Assembly (NCBI GenBank): GCA_036841525.1
Contig: DAITVZ010000001.1
Span: forward strand, 67,353 to 131,352
DNA: 64,000 bases
DNA from: Chloroflexota bacterium
GTDB lineage: Bacteria; Chloroflexota; Anaerolineae; JAAYEA01
Reading direction: 5' to 3'
Shown here in pieces: positions 35,103-45,564 of this stretch (position 1 is its first letter; every line of letters starts with the position of its first letter). The notes below the pieces were generated by a model that saw only the letters and a list, made by a program, of their open reading frames with translations, was not told the origin of the DNA and did no database searches. Both the position numbers and the translations under genes were made by a program.

Positions 35103-37157
35103 ATGAAGCGTCGTGATTTTCTAAGAGCAGCGGCTATGACGGCCGTGGGCGCGGTGGCGGCGAGCTGCGCGCAGCCCACCCCCATCGTTCTCGAAAAAGA
35201 AGTGCCCGTCGAGAAGGTGGTGAAAGAAACCGTCGTCGTTGAAAAAGAGGTCGCCGTCGAAAAGGTCGTCAAGGAGACGGTGGTCGTCCAGAAAGAGGTC
35301 GCGGTCGAAAAAGTGGTCACCGCCACCCCGGTTCCGGAAAAGTTCCATGAGGCGCCCGAGCTGGCCGAGCTGGTCAAGGCCGGCAAGCTGCCTCCCGTGG
35401 AAGACCGCGTTCCCGTCGAGCCGCTGGTCCTCGAGCCGCCCATCGAGGTCGGCAAGTACGGCGGTTTCTGGCGCCAGTTGCACCTCGGCACCACGGACGC
35501 CATGCAGAACTATTACAAGGTGGACGAGTTCGTGGGCAAGTTCCTGCCCGATGGCTCCATCGTCCCCAACGTGGTCAAGGCCTGGGAGTTCAATAGCGAC
35601 GTCACCCAGATGACCATCTATCTCCGCAAGGGGATGAAGTGGTCCGACGGCATGCCCTTCACCGCCGCCGACGTGATGTTCTGGTGGAACGACGTGGTGA
35701 TGAACGACGAGCTGACCCCCTCCAAGCCGTCCTGGCTGCGGGTGGCCGGCGAGCTGGCCAACGTCACCAAGGTGGACGACTATGCCTTCTCCATCACCTT
35801 CCCCAGCCCCTACGGCTCGGTGGTGGAGCAGATGCCGATCCAGGCTCCCTGGGTCCCCGCGCATTATATGAAGCAGTTCCATGCCACCTATGCCGTCAAG
35901 GCCGACCTGGACGCCAAGGTCACCGCGGCGGGCTTCCAGGATTGGAAGCAGCTCTGGGGCGCCAAGACCGCGCGCGCGAACCACGTGGGCCTGCCCACCG
36001 TCTTTGGCTGGAACCCCACCAACACGCTGGATCAGCAGATCCAGGTCTGGGAGCGCAACCCCTACTTCTGGAAGGTGGACACCGAGGGCAACCAGCTGCC
36101 GTACATGAACGAAATCCGCCGCTTCCTCCTGCCCGACATGGAGGCGCTCCTGCTCAAGTGTATCGCGGGCGATGCGGATTTCGAGAGCCGTCGTGTGGAG
36201 GGCGTCAAGAACTATCCCACCGCCATGGCCAACCGCGAGAAGGGCAACTATCGGGTGGTGATGGAGGACAACGCCGGCAGCAACATCGGCACGATGTTCT
36301 TCAACTTTGCCCACAAGGACCCGGTGCTGAAAGAGCTCTTTATGAACAAGGACTTTCGGCATGCGATCTCCCTGGGCATCGACCGCGCCGAGGTCAACGA
36401 TATCGTGCAAAAGGGCGTCTGCCCCATCTCGGCGGCCACCTGCGCCATCGGCGCAGCCTGGTACGATCCGAAGAACGGCACCGAGAACCCGTGGATCAAG
36501 TACGATGTGGACGCGGCCAACAAGCTGCTGGACGGGATTGGCCTGGACAAGAAGGATGGCGAAGGCTATCGCCTGCGTTCGGATGGCAAGCGGCTCTCGC
36601 TGGTCAACACCGTCTGGAGCACCGACGCGGCGCTCTTCCCCAACGTGGCTTTCTGGGAGATCGTGAAGCCGCAGTTGGCCAAGATCGGCGTCGAGATGGT
36701 GCTCGACCCGACCGAGCGCGAGCTCTGGGTCCAGCGCATCCACGCGCTCGACTTTGACGTGGCCGTGTATATCATGGCCATGGGCCACGCCACCCAGACG
36801 CCGCTGCAGCAGAAGCAGTTCGCGCCGGTGAGCGAGGCCGGGCAGCACTGGGGTCCCCAGTGGGGCCTCTGGTACGAGACGGCTGGCAAGCAGGGCGAGG
36901 AGCCCCCGGCCGAGGTCAAGAAGATGCTGGAGATCTATGACGAGGCCGTGGCCGAGCCGGACACCGCCAAGCGTAACGCCCTGATCAAACAGGCGATGGA
37001 CATCCATGGCGAGGAGACCTACATGGTCGGCCTGCTGAACGAGTCCCCGCAGGCGCGCTGGATGATCGTCCACAACTGCATCGGCAACGTGGGCGACCGC
37101 ATCTACGGCTCCAACTCGCTGGCCATGCATTCCTGCTTGATGTTCAAAAAGTGCTAA
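35103..37157 (+). CDS. ABC transporter solute-binding protein (family 5), TAT lipoprotein; paralog of 23737-25761 with an expanded repeat linker
   Basis: RRDFLRAAAMTAVGAVAASCAQ. The linker VLEKEVPVEKVVKETVVVEKEVAVEKVVKETVVVQKEVAVEKVV carries one extra repeat unit compared with the paralog. AGGAGGAAAGG RBS. Confidence 0.8.
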   Translation: MKRRDFLRAAAMTAVGAVAASCAQPTPIVLEKEVPVEKVVKETVVVEKEVAVEKVVKETVVVQKEVAVEKVVTATPVPEKFHEAPELAELVKAGKLPPVEDRVPVEPLVLEPPIEVGKYGGFWRQLHLGTTDAMQNYYKVDEFVGKFLPDGSIVPNVVKAWEFNSDVTQMTIYLRKGMKWSDGMPFTAADVMFWWNDVVMNDELTPSKPSWLRVAGELANVTKVDDYAFSITFPSPYGSVVEQMPIQAPWVPAHYMKQFHATYAVKADLDAKVTAAGFQDWKQLWGAKTARANHVGLPTVFGWNPTNTLDQQIQVWERNPYFWKVDTEGNQLPYMNEIRRFLLPDMEALLLKCIAGDADFESRRVEGVKNYPTAMANREKGNYRVVMEDNAGSNIGTMFFNFAHKDPVLKELFMNKDFRHAISLGIDRAEVNDIVQKGVCPISAATCAIGAAWYDPKNGTENPWIKYDVDAANKLLDGIGLDKKDGEGYRLRSDGKRLSLVNTVWSTDAALFPNVAFWEIVKPQLAKIGVEMVLDPTERELWVQRIHALDFDVAVYIMAMGHATQTPLQQKQFAPVSEAGQHWGPQWGLWYETAGKQGEEPPAEVKKMLEIYDEAVAEPDTAKRNALIKQAMDIHGEETYMVGLLNESPQARWMIVHNCIGNVGDRIYGSNSLAMHSCLMFKKC

Positions 37158-37199
37158 CCGTAAGGTAGGGGCAGGCCGCGCGCCTGTCCTTGCCACCAA

Positions 37200-37240
37200 A
37201 GCCCTGGGGGGGGCGGCACGCCGCCGCGCCCCCAGGGCTT
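37200..37240 (+). terminator. Strong intercistronic GC hairpin after the solute-binding protein gene (attenuator/stabiliser-type; no clear U-tract)
   Basis: AGCCCTGGGGGGGcggcacgccgccgcgCCCCCAGGGCTT. Confidence 0.45.
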
Positions 37241-37349
37241 GACTCCGGGCTCTGCGGCATGGAACTGCCGCGGGCAGTCTATGCCGCCGGCGCCGCCTTG
37301 GGGACGTTCGGGCGGTGCTGGGCCGCTATCATGTGCATGCGGAGGGGCT

Positions 37350-38336
37350 ATGCTCAAGTTTATCATCAGACGTCTCATTTATATGATCGCCACGCTATTT
37401 GTGGTCTCGATCGTGACCTTTATCATCATCCAACTCCCGCCCGGCGATTTCGTCTCCTCCATGATCGCCCACCGGGCCGCGCTGGGCGAGCTGGTTGACC
37501 AATCGGAAGTGGATGCGCTGCGCTCCTACTATGGGCTGGGCCAGCCGGCGCATATCCAGTACCTCCGGTGGTTTGGCGCCATCCTGAAAGGCGACCTGGG
37601 CTTTTCCATGCAGTGGAACCAGCCCGTCAAGCTGCTGATCAAAGATCGGCTGCCGTGGAGCTTTGGCATCTCGTTGATCTCTCTTGCCTTTGTTTGGGCC
37701 ATCGGCCTGCCCATTGGCATCTATTCTGCCACGCACCAGTACTCCATTCCCGACTATGTGGCCACCTTCTTTGGCTTTATCGGGTTGGGCGTGCCCAACT
37801 TTTTGCTGGCCTTGCTGGCGTTGTGGATCTGGTTTCAGGCCAAGGGCGAGGTCATGGTGGGGCTCTTTTCCGAAAAGTACATGATGGAGCCCTGGAGCGT
37901 GGCCAAAGTGGGAGATTTGTTCCGGCATCTCTGGATCCCCGCGCTGATTACGGGCATGTCGGGCACGGCTGGCCTGATCCGCACCATCCGGGCCAACCTG
38001 CTGGATGAGGTCCGCAAGCCCTACGTGATGATGGCGCGGGCTAGAGGCGTCGCCGAGCGCAAGCTGCTGGTCAAGTATCCCTTGCGGGTGGCGATGATCC
38101 CCGCCGTGAGCACCATCGGCTGGGTGCTGCCGAGCCTGTTCGCCGGCGAGTTGATCACCTCCTTCGTGATGGGTATCCCCACGCTGGCGCCCGTCTTCTT
38201 GGGAGCCCTGCTCAACCAGGACATGTTCCTGGCCGGGAGCATCGTGCTCATCCTCAGCACGCTGACCGTGGTCGGCACCCTCGTTTCGGACATCCTGTTG
38301 GCCCTCGTTGATCCGCGCATAAAGGAATCGGTGTAA
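37350..38336 (+). CDS. ABC transporter permease (DppB/OppB-like)
   Basis: ORF 37239-38336; the ATG at 37350 has a GGAGGGG RBS. MLKFIIRRLIYMIATLFVVSIVTFIIIQLPPGDF... and a C-terminal D(P/L)R-type motif are present. Confidence 0.8.
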   Translation: MLKFIIRRLIYMIATLFVVSIVTFIIIQLPPGDFVSSMIAHRAALGELVDQSEVDALRSYYGLGQPAHIQYLRWFGAILKGDLGFSMQWNQPVKLLIKDRLPWSFGISLISLAFVWAIGLPIGIYSATHQYSIPDYVATFFGFIGLGVPNFLLALLALWIWFQAKGEVMVGLFSEKYMMEPWSVAKVGDLFRHLWIPALITGMSGTAGLIRTIRANLLDEVRKPYVMMARARGVAERKLLVKYPLRVAMIPAVSTIGWVLPSLFAGELITSFVMGIPTLAPVFLGALLNQDMFLAGSIVLILSTLTVVGTLVSDILLALVDPRIKESV

Positions 38337-38338
38337 CC

Positions 38339-39481
38339 ATGAGCGAGAAGAATAGCGCAAGCTCGATCCCTCAGCCGGAGGAAAAAGCCGCGGAAGATCG
38401 TGTCTACGTCGCTTCCCAATGGCAGCTCATGTGGTGGCGCTTCCGCAAGCACAAGGTGGCCATCATCTCGGCGGTGCTGCTTATCCTCATGTACCTGACC
38501 ATCATTTTCGCCGAGTTCGTGTCGCCCTATGACCCGCGGATTAACCATCGCAAGTTCCTCTATGCCCCGCCGCAAAAGATCCACTTTATCGACCGCGACG
38601 GCAAGTTCCACCTGCGGCCCTTCGTCTATGGGTACGAAGGCACGATGGACATGGAGACGCTGCAGATCCGCTATGCGGAGGATCGCGACGTGCTCTATCC
38701 CATCTTGCTCTTTGCCCGGGGCGAGCCCTACAAGATGTGGGGGCTCTTTGACAGCGATATCCACCTCTTTGGCGTGCCGGAGGGCGGGACCATCTTTTTG
38801 CTGGGCACGGAGCGGCAGGGGCGCGACATGCTCTCGCGGATCATCATCGGCGGGCGGATGTCGCTGTCCATCGGCCTGGTGGGCCTGGCGATCTCGTTCT
38901 TCCTGGGCGTCTTCTTGGGCGGCCTATCGGGCTACTTTGGCGGCCTCTTTGACGTGGTCCTGCAGCGCATCATCGAGTTCCTGCGCTCCATCCCCACGCT
39001 GCCCCTCTGGATGGCCCTGAGCGCGGCGCTGCCGCCCCGCTGGACGGTGGTGCAGGTCTATTTCGGCATCGTGGTGATCCTCTCGCTGATCGGCTGGACG
39101 GGCCTGGCTCGCGTGGTGCGGAGCAAGTTCATGTCGCTGCGCGAGGAGGATTTCGTCATGGCAGCCCGGTTGGTGGGCGCGAGCGAGCTGCGCGTGGTCT
39201 TTCGCCACATGGTCCCCTCCTTCACCAGCCACCTCATCGCCAACCTGACCATGTCGATCCCCGGCATGATCCTGGGCGAGACGTCGCTCTCATTCCTGGG
39301 CCTGGGCCTGCAGGAGCCCGCCATTAGCTGGGGCGTGTTGCTCAAGGACGCGCAATCGGTTGCTGTGCTGGCCGAGTCGCCCTGGCTGCTGCTCCCCGGC
39401 ATACCGGTGGTGATCGTGGTGCTGGCCTTTAACTTTTTGGGCGATGGCATCCGCGACGCCGCCGATCCCTACGGTCGGTAG
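38339..39481 (+). CDS. ABC transporter permease (DppC/OppC-like)
   Basis: A conserved permease core is present (GTERQGRDMLSRIIIGGRMSLSIGLVG). The start lies 3 nt after the previous stop. Confidence 0.8.
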   Translation: MSEKNSASSIPQPEEKAAEDRVYVASQWQLMWWRFRKHKVAIISAVLLILMYLTIIFAEFVSPYDPRINHRKFLYAPPQKIHFIDRDGKFHLRPFVYGYEGTMDMETLQIRYAEDRDVLYPILLFARGEPYKMWGLFDSDIHLFGVPEGGTIFLLGTERQGRDMLSRIIIGGRMSLSIGLVGLAISFFLGVFLGGLSGYFGGLFDVVLQRIIEFLRSIPTLPLWMALSAALPPRWTVVQVYFGIVVILSLIGWTGLARVVRSKFMSLREEDFVMAARLVGASELRVVFRHMVPSFTSHLIANLTMSIPGMILGETSLSFLGLGLQEPAISWGVLLKDAQSVAVLAESPWLLLPGIPVVIVVLAFNFLGDGIRDAADPYGR

Positions 39482-39598
39482 CCCTCGCGTGTTCGTCTCG
39501 TATCCGGCAGGCGCCTGGCTCGCGGCCAGGCGCCTGTTTTTGTGCCACGCGGGGCGATAGCCGCGCCGGCACCCTGCTCTCCGAAGGAAGATGAACGC

Positions 39599-41572
39599 AT
39601 GAGCAACCTCTCCTTTGTCTGCCGGGCCGATAACGACCTGTATCGGGTTCTCTCCGACCTGGGCGGCGCTTACCCGCGCTATCCCTCGCTGGCCGAGGCC
39701 GTGTCGGCGGCCCCGGCGGGGAGCGGCGTGCTGGCGCTGGCCGACGCCTACCCCCGCGCCACGCTGGAGGTGGGTCCGCAGCTTTTGGAGGCGGCCGCCG
39801 CCAAGGACCTGCGTCTCTATCTCGAATACCCCGCCGCGCTCCCCGGCGTGGCGCTGGGCGAGCCGCGCCCGGCGGTCTGGGAGCGGGCGGTGGTGGCCGG
39901 CGACGGCCTGGCCCCTGCGCTGGCGGCAGGCCGCATCCTGGACTTGCATACCTGCTGGTTCCTGCCGGTGGCGCCGCGGCCCGCCCACCTGGTCCTGGCG
40001 CGCGTCGCCGGGTACCACACGGCGGTCTATGGCCTGCCCGCCGAGGCCTATCCGGCGCTCTTTCCGCTGGGCAGCGGCGAGACGCTGATCGCTGCCACCA
40101 AGCTCAGCCAGTTCGTCACCGCGCGCTATGGCCCGACCGCCGCCTGGCAGGCGCTTTGGGAGCGGCTGTTGCGCTGGCTGGCCAGTGACGACCCGGTCCC
40201 GCCCCTGCGCTGGCAGCCCGCGGTGGGGCTCCGCGCGGCCCGGGATGAGGCCCTGCCTGACACGGTGGAGGCGGAGGCCTTTGCCCGCTCGGTGGCGTGG
40301 TTTCGCAGCTATGGCGTCTATAGCATCGACCAGAAAAAGGGCGTCATCGAGGGGTACGAGTCGGCCATCGACGAGCAGGGGCGGCAGATGCAGCGCACCT
40401 GGCCGCGCGGCGATTGCATCGGCGAGTCCACCATGCCCTTCATCCTGGATTGGCTGGTCAATCGCAACCCGGCTAGCAAGCGGCTGGCTGGCCAGATGCT
40501 GGACTATGTCTGCTTTTCGCCGGATTTCCGCGAGCAGGACCCGGCCAGCCCCACCTATGGGCTGAGCAAGTGGAGCCCGGATACGCCGGTCTTTTATGGG
40601 CAGGAGAACGCCAGCATCATCTTGCCGGCGCTGCTGGCCGGGCGGATGCTGGGCGACGACCGCTGGGACGAGCGCATCCTGCAGCTCCTCTTGGCGAACC
40701 TGCGCACCACCGGCAAGCTGGGCTTTCGGCGGAACGCGCTCCGTCGCGGCGATTTCCCCGCCGGGCCGGAGGGCTGGCGGCCCCTACAAGAGGCGGGACC
40801 CACCATCTATGCGCCGCATTATCAGGCCTCGCTCTGGGCGGCCTACCTCTGGGCCTATGGCCTGACGGGCTATGGCGGCTTTTTCGACGCCGCCAAGCAG
40901 GCCATTGGGATGACCATGTCGGCCTACCCCGACCGGTGGATTTGGACCAACGGGCTGACCCAAGAGTTGGCCCGCATGCTCCTGCCGCTGGCCTTCCTCG
41001 TCCGGTTGGAGGACACCGCAGAGCATCGCGCCTGGCTGAGGCGCATGGCCGACGACCTGCTGGCCTATATGCAGCCCTGCGGCGCCATCCGCGAGGGGTT
41101 GGGCCCGCTGGAGAACGGCAAGTACCCGCCGCCCCGCTCCAACGAGACCTATGGCACCGACGAGTCGTCGCTGCTTCAGGAAGATGGCGATCCGGTGTGC
41201 GACCTGCTCTATACGGCCGACTTTGCGCTGATCGGCCTGCACGAGGCGGCGGCCGCCACCGGCGAGGCCCTTTACCGGGAGGCGGAGGATCGCTTGATGC
41301 AGTTCCTCTGCCGCATCCAGGTGCGATCGAGCGCCCACCCCTACCTGGACGGGGCCTGGCTGCGCGGCTTTGATTACGAGCTGTGGGAGTATTGGGCCAG
41401 CTCGTCGGATCAGGGCTGGGGGGCTTGGTGCGTCGAATCGGGCTGGACCAACGCCTGGATCGCGGCGGTGTTGGGCCTGCGCCTGGCCGGCCAATCGCTC
41501 TGGGATCTGAGCACCGCCTCGCGGCTGCAGGCGCTCCTGCCCAAGTGGCTCGCCGAGATGGGGCTCGCTTAG
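39599..41572 (+). CDS. Hypothetical glycoside-hydrolase-like protein ((alpha/alpha)6-barrel-like, Trp-rich)
   Basis: ORF 39542-41572; the ATG at 39599 has a GAAGGAAG RBS. No confident family assignment; the final gene of the ABC operon. Confidence 0.45.
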   Translation: MSNLSFVCRADNDLYRVLSDLGGAYPRYPSLAEAVSAAPAGSGVLALADAYPRATLEVGPQLLEAAAAKDLRLYLEYPAALPGVALGEPRPAVWERAVVAGDGLAPALAAGRILDLHTCWFLPVAPRPAHLVLARVAGYHTAVYGLPAEAYPALFPLGSGETLIAATKLSQFVTARYGPTAAWQALWERLLRWLASDDPVPPLRWQPAVGLRAARDEALPDTVEAEAFARSVAWFRSYGVYSIDQKKGVIEGYESAIDEQGRQMQRTWPRGDCIGESTMPFILDWLVNRNPASKRLAGQMLDYVCFSPDFREQDPASPTYGLSKWSPDTPVFYGQENASIILPALLAGRMLGDDRWDERILQLLLANLRTTGKLGFRRNALRRGDFPAGPEGWRPLQEAGPTIYAPHYQASLWAAYLWAYGLTGYGGFFDAAKQAIGMTMSAYPDRWIWTNGLTQELARMLLPLAFLVRLEDTAEHRAWLRRMADDLLAYMQPCGAIREGLGPLENGKYPPPRSNETYGTDESSLLQEDGDPVCDLLYTADFALIGLHEAAAATGEALYREAEDRLMQFLCRIQVRSSAHPYLDGAWLRGFDYELWEYWASSSDQGWGAWCVESGWTNAWIAAVLGLRLAGQSLWDLSTASRLQALLPKWLAEMGLA

Positions 41573-41594
41573 CCGGTGGCCGCTCTCTCGTGCT

Positions 41595-41623
41595 GCTTCA
41601 TTTGTTGCGGCCGCGGCCAAAGC
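41595..41623 (+). promoter_or_regulatory. Promoter (TTGCGG-17-TGtTATAAT) for the fchA-folD-fhs operon, followed by a ~400-nt leader
   Basis: The sequence reads ttgcggccgcggccaaagcatgtTATAATgtg. Confidence 0.45.
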
Positions 41624-41766
41624 ATGTTATAATGTGCCCGTTGGGTTCCGGCATGGCCGCAATGGCGCGCAGGCTTGCGTGACCCGAGCTCGCGCCTTCG
41701 ATTGGGGAGCCACTCATCTCCCCACCCAAGAAAGACAGCCACCGTATGCTTCGAGCGGAGAGACAG

Positions 41767-41850
41767 GGCAGTCACTGGCGGCTTGCGCGTTCTTCCGACG
41801 TGGGCCCGCGACCATCGGCGGGCCAGGTGACACTGCCTCTGGGCGTCTTG
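41767..41850 (+). ncRNA. Candidate structured leader element (possible ZTP/pfl-like riboswitch aptamer) within the fchA-folD-fhs 5' UTR
   Basis: GGCAGUCAC...GUGACacUGCC forms a P1-like helix enclosing UGGCGG, and a downstream GCCUCUGGGCG segment is present. These resemble the pfl-motif conserved segments (UGGCG...CGCCUGGGCA) but do not match exactly. Confidence 0.25.
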
Positions 41851-42024
41851 GGCGCCGGATCCAACCCCACCAAGCAACCTCGTTCGTTGGCTGTTGCCGC
41901 CCATTCGGGCTTGTTTCCATTGCATGTGCGCCAAGCTGTCGCTGCGGCGGTCGTGCTGCGCGCTGCATAGACCCACCGAGCAGGGGCGTCGCCGACGGGC
42001 GCCCTTGCGGGCAAGGAGGCAGAG

Positions 42025-42660
42025 ATGGAGCGATTTACCGCCAAGACGGTGGACCAATTCCTGGACGCGCTGGCCTCCAGTGAGCCGGTGCCCGGCGGGG
42101 GCAGCGGGGCGGCCCTGGCCGGCGCCCTGGCGGCCGGGCTGCTGAGCATGGTCTGCAACCTCACCATCGGCAAGAAGGGCTACGAGGGGGTGCAGGCCGA
42201 CCTGGAGGCCATCCTGGCCCGCTCGGAGGCCATCCGCCGCGAGCTCCCCGACCTCTTGCAGGCCGACACGCAGGTCTATGGCGCGGTGATGGAGGCCTAT
42301 CGCCTGCCCCGCAAGTCGCCGGAGGAAAAGGCCGCGCGGGAGGCCGCCATGCAGGCGGCGCTCAAGGAGGCGGCCCAGGTCCCCCTGACCATCGCGGCGC
42401 GTTGCGCCGAGATCGTGACCCTCTGCCTGCCCGCGGCCCAAAAGGGCAACAAGTGGGCGGTCAGCGATGCCGGGGTGGCCGTGGCCCTGGCGGAGGCCGC
42501 CATGCGCGGCGCGCTGCTCAACGTCTATATCAACCTGAGCAGCATCCAGGATGAGGCCTTTGCCGCCCAACTGCGCGCGCGGATCGCCGAGATCACCGAG
42601 GGCAAGGCCGCGCTGCAAGCCAAAGTCTCCGAGATCGTGATGAAAGCCATCCAAGGCTAG
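42025..42660 (+). CDS. fchA: Methenyltetrahydrofolate cyclohydrolase / formiminotetrahydrofolate cyclodeaminase-domain protein
   Basis: Cyclodeaminase-family start (MERFTAKTVDQFLDALASSEPVPGGGSGAALAGALAAGLLSMV). AAGGAGG RBS. Confidence 0.7.
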   Translation: MERFTAKTVDQFLDALASSEPVPGGGSGAALAGALAAGLLSMVCNLTIGKKGYEGVQADLEAILARSEAIRRELPDLLQADTQVYGAVMEAYRLPRKSPEEKAAREAAMQAALKEAAQVPLTIAARCAEIVTLCLPAAQKGNKWAVSDAGVAVALAEAAMRGALLNVYINLSSIQDEAFAAQLRARIAEITEGKAALQAKVSEIVMKAIQG

Positions 42661-42673
42661 ACAAGGAGGCACG

Positions 42674-43555
42674 ATGACCGCACAGCTTCTCGACGGACGG
42701 GCGCTCTCCAGCGCCATGCGCAAAGAGCTCGATGCCGAGATCGCGGCGATCAAGGCCGAGTTGGGCGTGACCCCCAAGATCGCCGTGGTGCGCGCGGGGG
42801 AGGACCCCGCCTCGGTGAGCTATGCCAACGCCATCCAGCGCACCTGCGAGCTGCGCAAGCTGGCGTTCGAGATGCACGCCCTGCCCGAGGAGGTGGGCGA
42901 GGCGGAACTGCTGTCCCGCGTCGTGCGGCTCAACGAGGACCCCGGCGTGCACGGGATTATGATCCAGGAGCCGCTGCCCAAGGGCATCCGCGCCGAGGTG
43001 ATCACCGACGCCCTTTCCCCGGCCAAGGACATCGATGGCGTGCACCCGGCCAACACAGGCCGGCTGGCCCAGGCCGAGCCGGTGGGGCGGTCAGCCGGGG
43101 TTTCCGACTTTTTCGTGCCGGCGACGCCCGCGGGCGGCCTGGAGTTGCTCAAGCGCCATGGCGTGGCGCTGAACGGCAAGCTGGCCGTCATCGTGGGCCG
43201 CTCGCGCATCGTGGGCAAGCCCATGGCGATGTTGCTCTTGCGCGAGAACGCCACCGTGATCCTGTGCCACTCGCGCACCGCCGACCTGCCGGCCATCTGC
43301 CGCCAGGCCGATATCCTCTGCGCGGCGGTGGGCCGGGCCAAGATGATCACCGCCGATTGGGTCAAGCCCGGGGCGGTGGTGGTCGATTTCGGCGTCAATT
43401 TCCAGAACGAGGTCATGGTGGGCGACGTGGATTTCGAGGGCGTGCAAGAGGTGGCGAGCATGATCACGCCGGTGCCCGGCGGGACCGGCCCCATGACCAA
43501 CGTCATGCTGCTGAAGAACCTCTTGGAGGCGGCGAGGCGGCAGGGCCAGAAATAA
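42674..43555 (+). CDS. folD: Bifunctional 5,10-methylene-THF dehydrogenase / 5,10-methenyl-THF cyclohydrolase
   Basis: Motifs HGIMIQEPLPKG, DIDGVHPAN, VIVGRSRIVGKPMAMLL and TPVPGGTGPMT. Confidence 0.85.
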   Translation: MTAQLLDGRALSSAMRKELDAEIAAIKAELGVTPKIAVVRAGEDPASVSYANAIQRTCELRKLAFEMHALPEEVGEAELLSRVVRLNEDPGVHGIMIQEPLPKGIRAEVITDALSPAKDIDGVHPANTGRLAQAEPVGRSAGVSDFFVPATPAGGLELLKRHGVALNGKLAVIVGRSRIVGKPMAMLLLRENATVILCHSRTADLPAICRQADILCAAVGRAKMITADWVKPGAVVVDFGVNFQNEVMVGDVDFEGVQEVASMITPVPGGTGPMTNVMLLKNLLEAARRQGQK

Positions 43556-43682
43556 GCGGGCCCGCGCTGACTTGACGCGGCGGCCCGAATCAGTGTATGA
43601 TGCGCGCTAGTGTATCGGCGCTTCCGAGCGCAACCGGTTGTAGCGAACGGGCATGAACATGAGGAGAGGAAAAGGAGGAAGC

Positions 43683-45443
43683 ATGTTAGTCGAGCTCAAG
43701 AACCCCGTCCCCACCGACATCGAAATTGCCCAGGCAGCCAGGACGAGACCCATCCTGGAGGTGGCTCAGAGCGTGGGCCTTGCCGAGGATGATTTGGATC
43801 TCTATGGCAAGTACAAGGCCAAGGTGCACCTGGATGTGCTCGAAAAGCTCAAGGGGCGCCCCAACGGCAAGTACATCGACGTCACCGCCATCACCCCCAC
43901 GCCGCTGGGCGAGGGTAAGACGACCAACACCGTGGGCCTCAGCCAGGGGCTCGGCTACATCGGCAAGAGCGTGTTCACCTGCATCCGCCAGCCGTCCATG
44001 GGCCCCACGTTTGGCATCAAGGGCGGCGCGGCCGGCGGCGGCTATGCCCAGATCGTCCCCATGGAGGATTTCAACCTCCACCTCACCGGCGATATCCACG
44101 CCGTGAGCGTATCGCACAACCTGCTGGCGGCAGCCATCGACGCCCGCATCCTGCACGAGGACAGCATGTCCGACAAGGGCCTGGAAAAAATGGGCCTGCG
44201 CCGCCTGGATATCGACCCCTACGGCATCATGTGGAACCGCATCATGGATGTCTCTGACCGGGCCATCCGCAAGATCATCATCGGCTTGGGCGACAAGACG
44301 GACGGGCGGCCCCGCGAGACGGGCTTTGATATCGCCGTGGCCTCGGAAATCATGGCCATTCTGGCCCTGACCACGGGCCTCAAGGACCTGCGCGAGCGGT
44401 TGGGGCGGATCGTGTGGGGCACCGACAAGAAGGGCAAGCCCCTCACCGCCGAGGACCTGAACGTGGCGGGCGCGCTGGCGGTGCTGATGAAGGACGCCAT
44501 CATGCCCAACCTGATGCAGACCTTGATCGGCTCGCCGGCCTTTGTGCACGCGGGGCCGTTCGCCAATATCGCCCACGGCAACAGCTCCATCCTGGCCGAC
44601 CAGGTGGCGCTCAAGCTGGCCGATTACGTGGTCACCGAGTCGGGCTTTGGCGCCGATGTCGGCATGGAAAAGTTCTTTGACATCAAGTGCCGCTACTCCG
44701 GCCTGATCCCCAACTGCGTCGTGCTGGTTGCCACGGTGCGGGCGCTCAAGATGCACGGCGGCGGCCCCAAGGTGGTCGCGGGCAAGCCGCTGGATTCCGC
44801 CTACACCAAGGAAAACCTCGAGCTGCTCAGGGCGGGCCTTCCCAACTTGGTCCAGCACATCGAGAACGCCAAGCTCTTTGGCATCCCGGTGGTGGTGGCG
44901 GTCAATAGCTTCAAGACGGACTCCAGGGCCGAGCTGGAGCTGGTCCGCGAGGCGGCCATCAAGGCGGGGGCCGAGGACTCGGTGATCAGCGAGGTGTGGG
45001 CCAAGGGCGCCGAGGGCGGCGCGGCGCTGGCCAAGGCGGTGGTGGCGGCCTGCGAAAAGCCCAGCAACTTCAAGTTCCTCTATCCCGACGACATGTCCAT
45101 CAAGGACAAGATCGAAACCATCGCCACCAAGATCTATCGCGCCGACGGCGTGGACTTTCAGCCCGAGGCCGAAAGAAAGATCAAGATGTTCACAGAGATG
45201 GGCTTTAGCAAGCTCCCGATCTGCATGGCCAAGACCCACCTCTCCTTCACGCACGATCCGGCGATCAAGGGCGCGCCGCGCGGCTTTGTGATGCCGATTC
45301 GCGACATCCGCGCCTCGGTGGGCGCGGGCTTCCTGTATCCTCTGTGCGGCGAGATGCGCACCATGCCTGGCCTGCCGAGCCGTCCGGTGTTCTTTGACAT
45401 CGATATCGACACCGAGACGGGCAAGATCATCGGGCTGTCCTAA
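43683..45443 (+). CDS. fhs: Formate--tetrahydrofolate ligase
   Basis: ORF 43653-45443; the ATG at 43683 has an AAAGGAGGAAGC RBS. Motifs [11 protein letters not shown] and [11 protein letters not shown] are present. Confidence 0.85.
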   Translation: MLVELKNPVPTDIEIAQAARTRPILEVAQSVGLAEDDLDLYGKYKAKVHLDVLEKLKGRPNGKYIDVTAITPTPLGEGKTTNTVGLSQGLGYIGKSVFTCIRQPSMGPTFGIKGGAAGGGYAQIVPMEDFNLHLTGDIHAVSVSHNLLAAAIDARILHEDSMSDKGLEKMGLRRLDIDPYGIMWNRIMDVSDRAIRKIIIGLGDKTDGRPRETGFDIAVASEIMAILALTTGLKDLRERLGRIVWGTDKKGKPLTAEDLNVAGALAVLMKDAIMPNLMQTLIGSPAFVHAGPFANIAHGNSSILADQVALKLADYVVTESGFGADVGMEKFFDIKCRYSGLIPNCVVLVATVRALKMHGGGPKVVAGKPLDSAYTKENLELLRAGLPNLVQHIENAKLFGIPVVVAVNSFKTDSRAELELVREAAIKAGAEDSVISEVWAKGAEGGAALAKAVVAACEKPSNFKFLYPDDMSIKDKIETIATKIYRADGVDFQPEAERKIKMFTEMGFSKLPICMAKTHLSFTHDPAIKGAPRGFVMPIRDIRASVGAGFLYPLCGEMRTMPGLPSRPVFFDIDIDTETGKIIGLS

Positions 45444-45470
45444 CCGAGCATCCGCATCATGGCTGAGCAA

Positions 45471-45514
45471 GGTGGGGAGAACGCGCCGGGAGAGGCGCTC
45501 TCCCCACCTTTGCG
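45471..45514 (+). terminator. Rho-independent terminator after fhs
   Basis: GGTGGGGAGAacgcgccgggagaggcgcTCTCCCCACC followed by TTTG. Confidence 0.55.
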
Positions 45515-45564
45515 CGTATCAGAACTCATCTGAGCCATACTAGTCAAGCGGCCTGGGAGGCTGT

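Noticed and set aside
41767-41850. Calling the fol-operon leader element a definite ZTP riboswitch
   Set aside because: The 3' conserved segment is GCCUCUGGGCG rather than the near-invariant CGCCUGGGCA, and I cannot run a covariance model. It is kept only as a low-confidence candidate (see findings).
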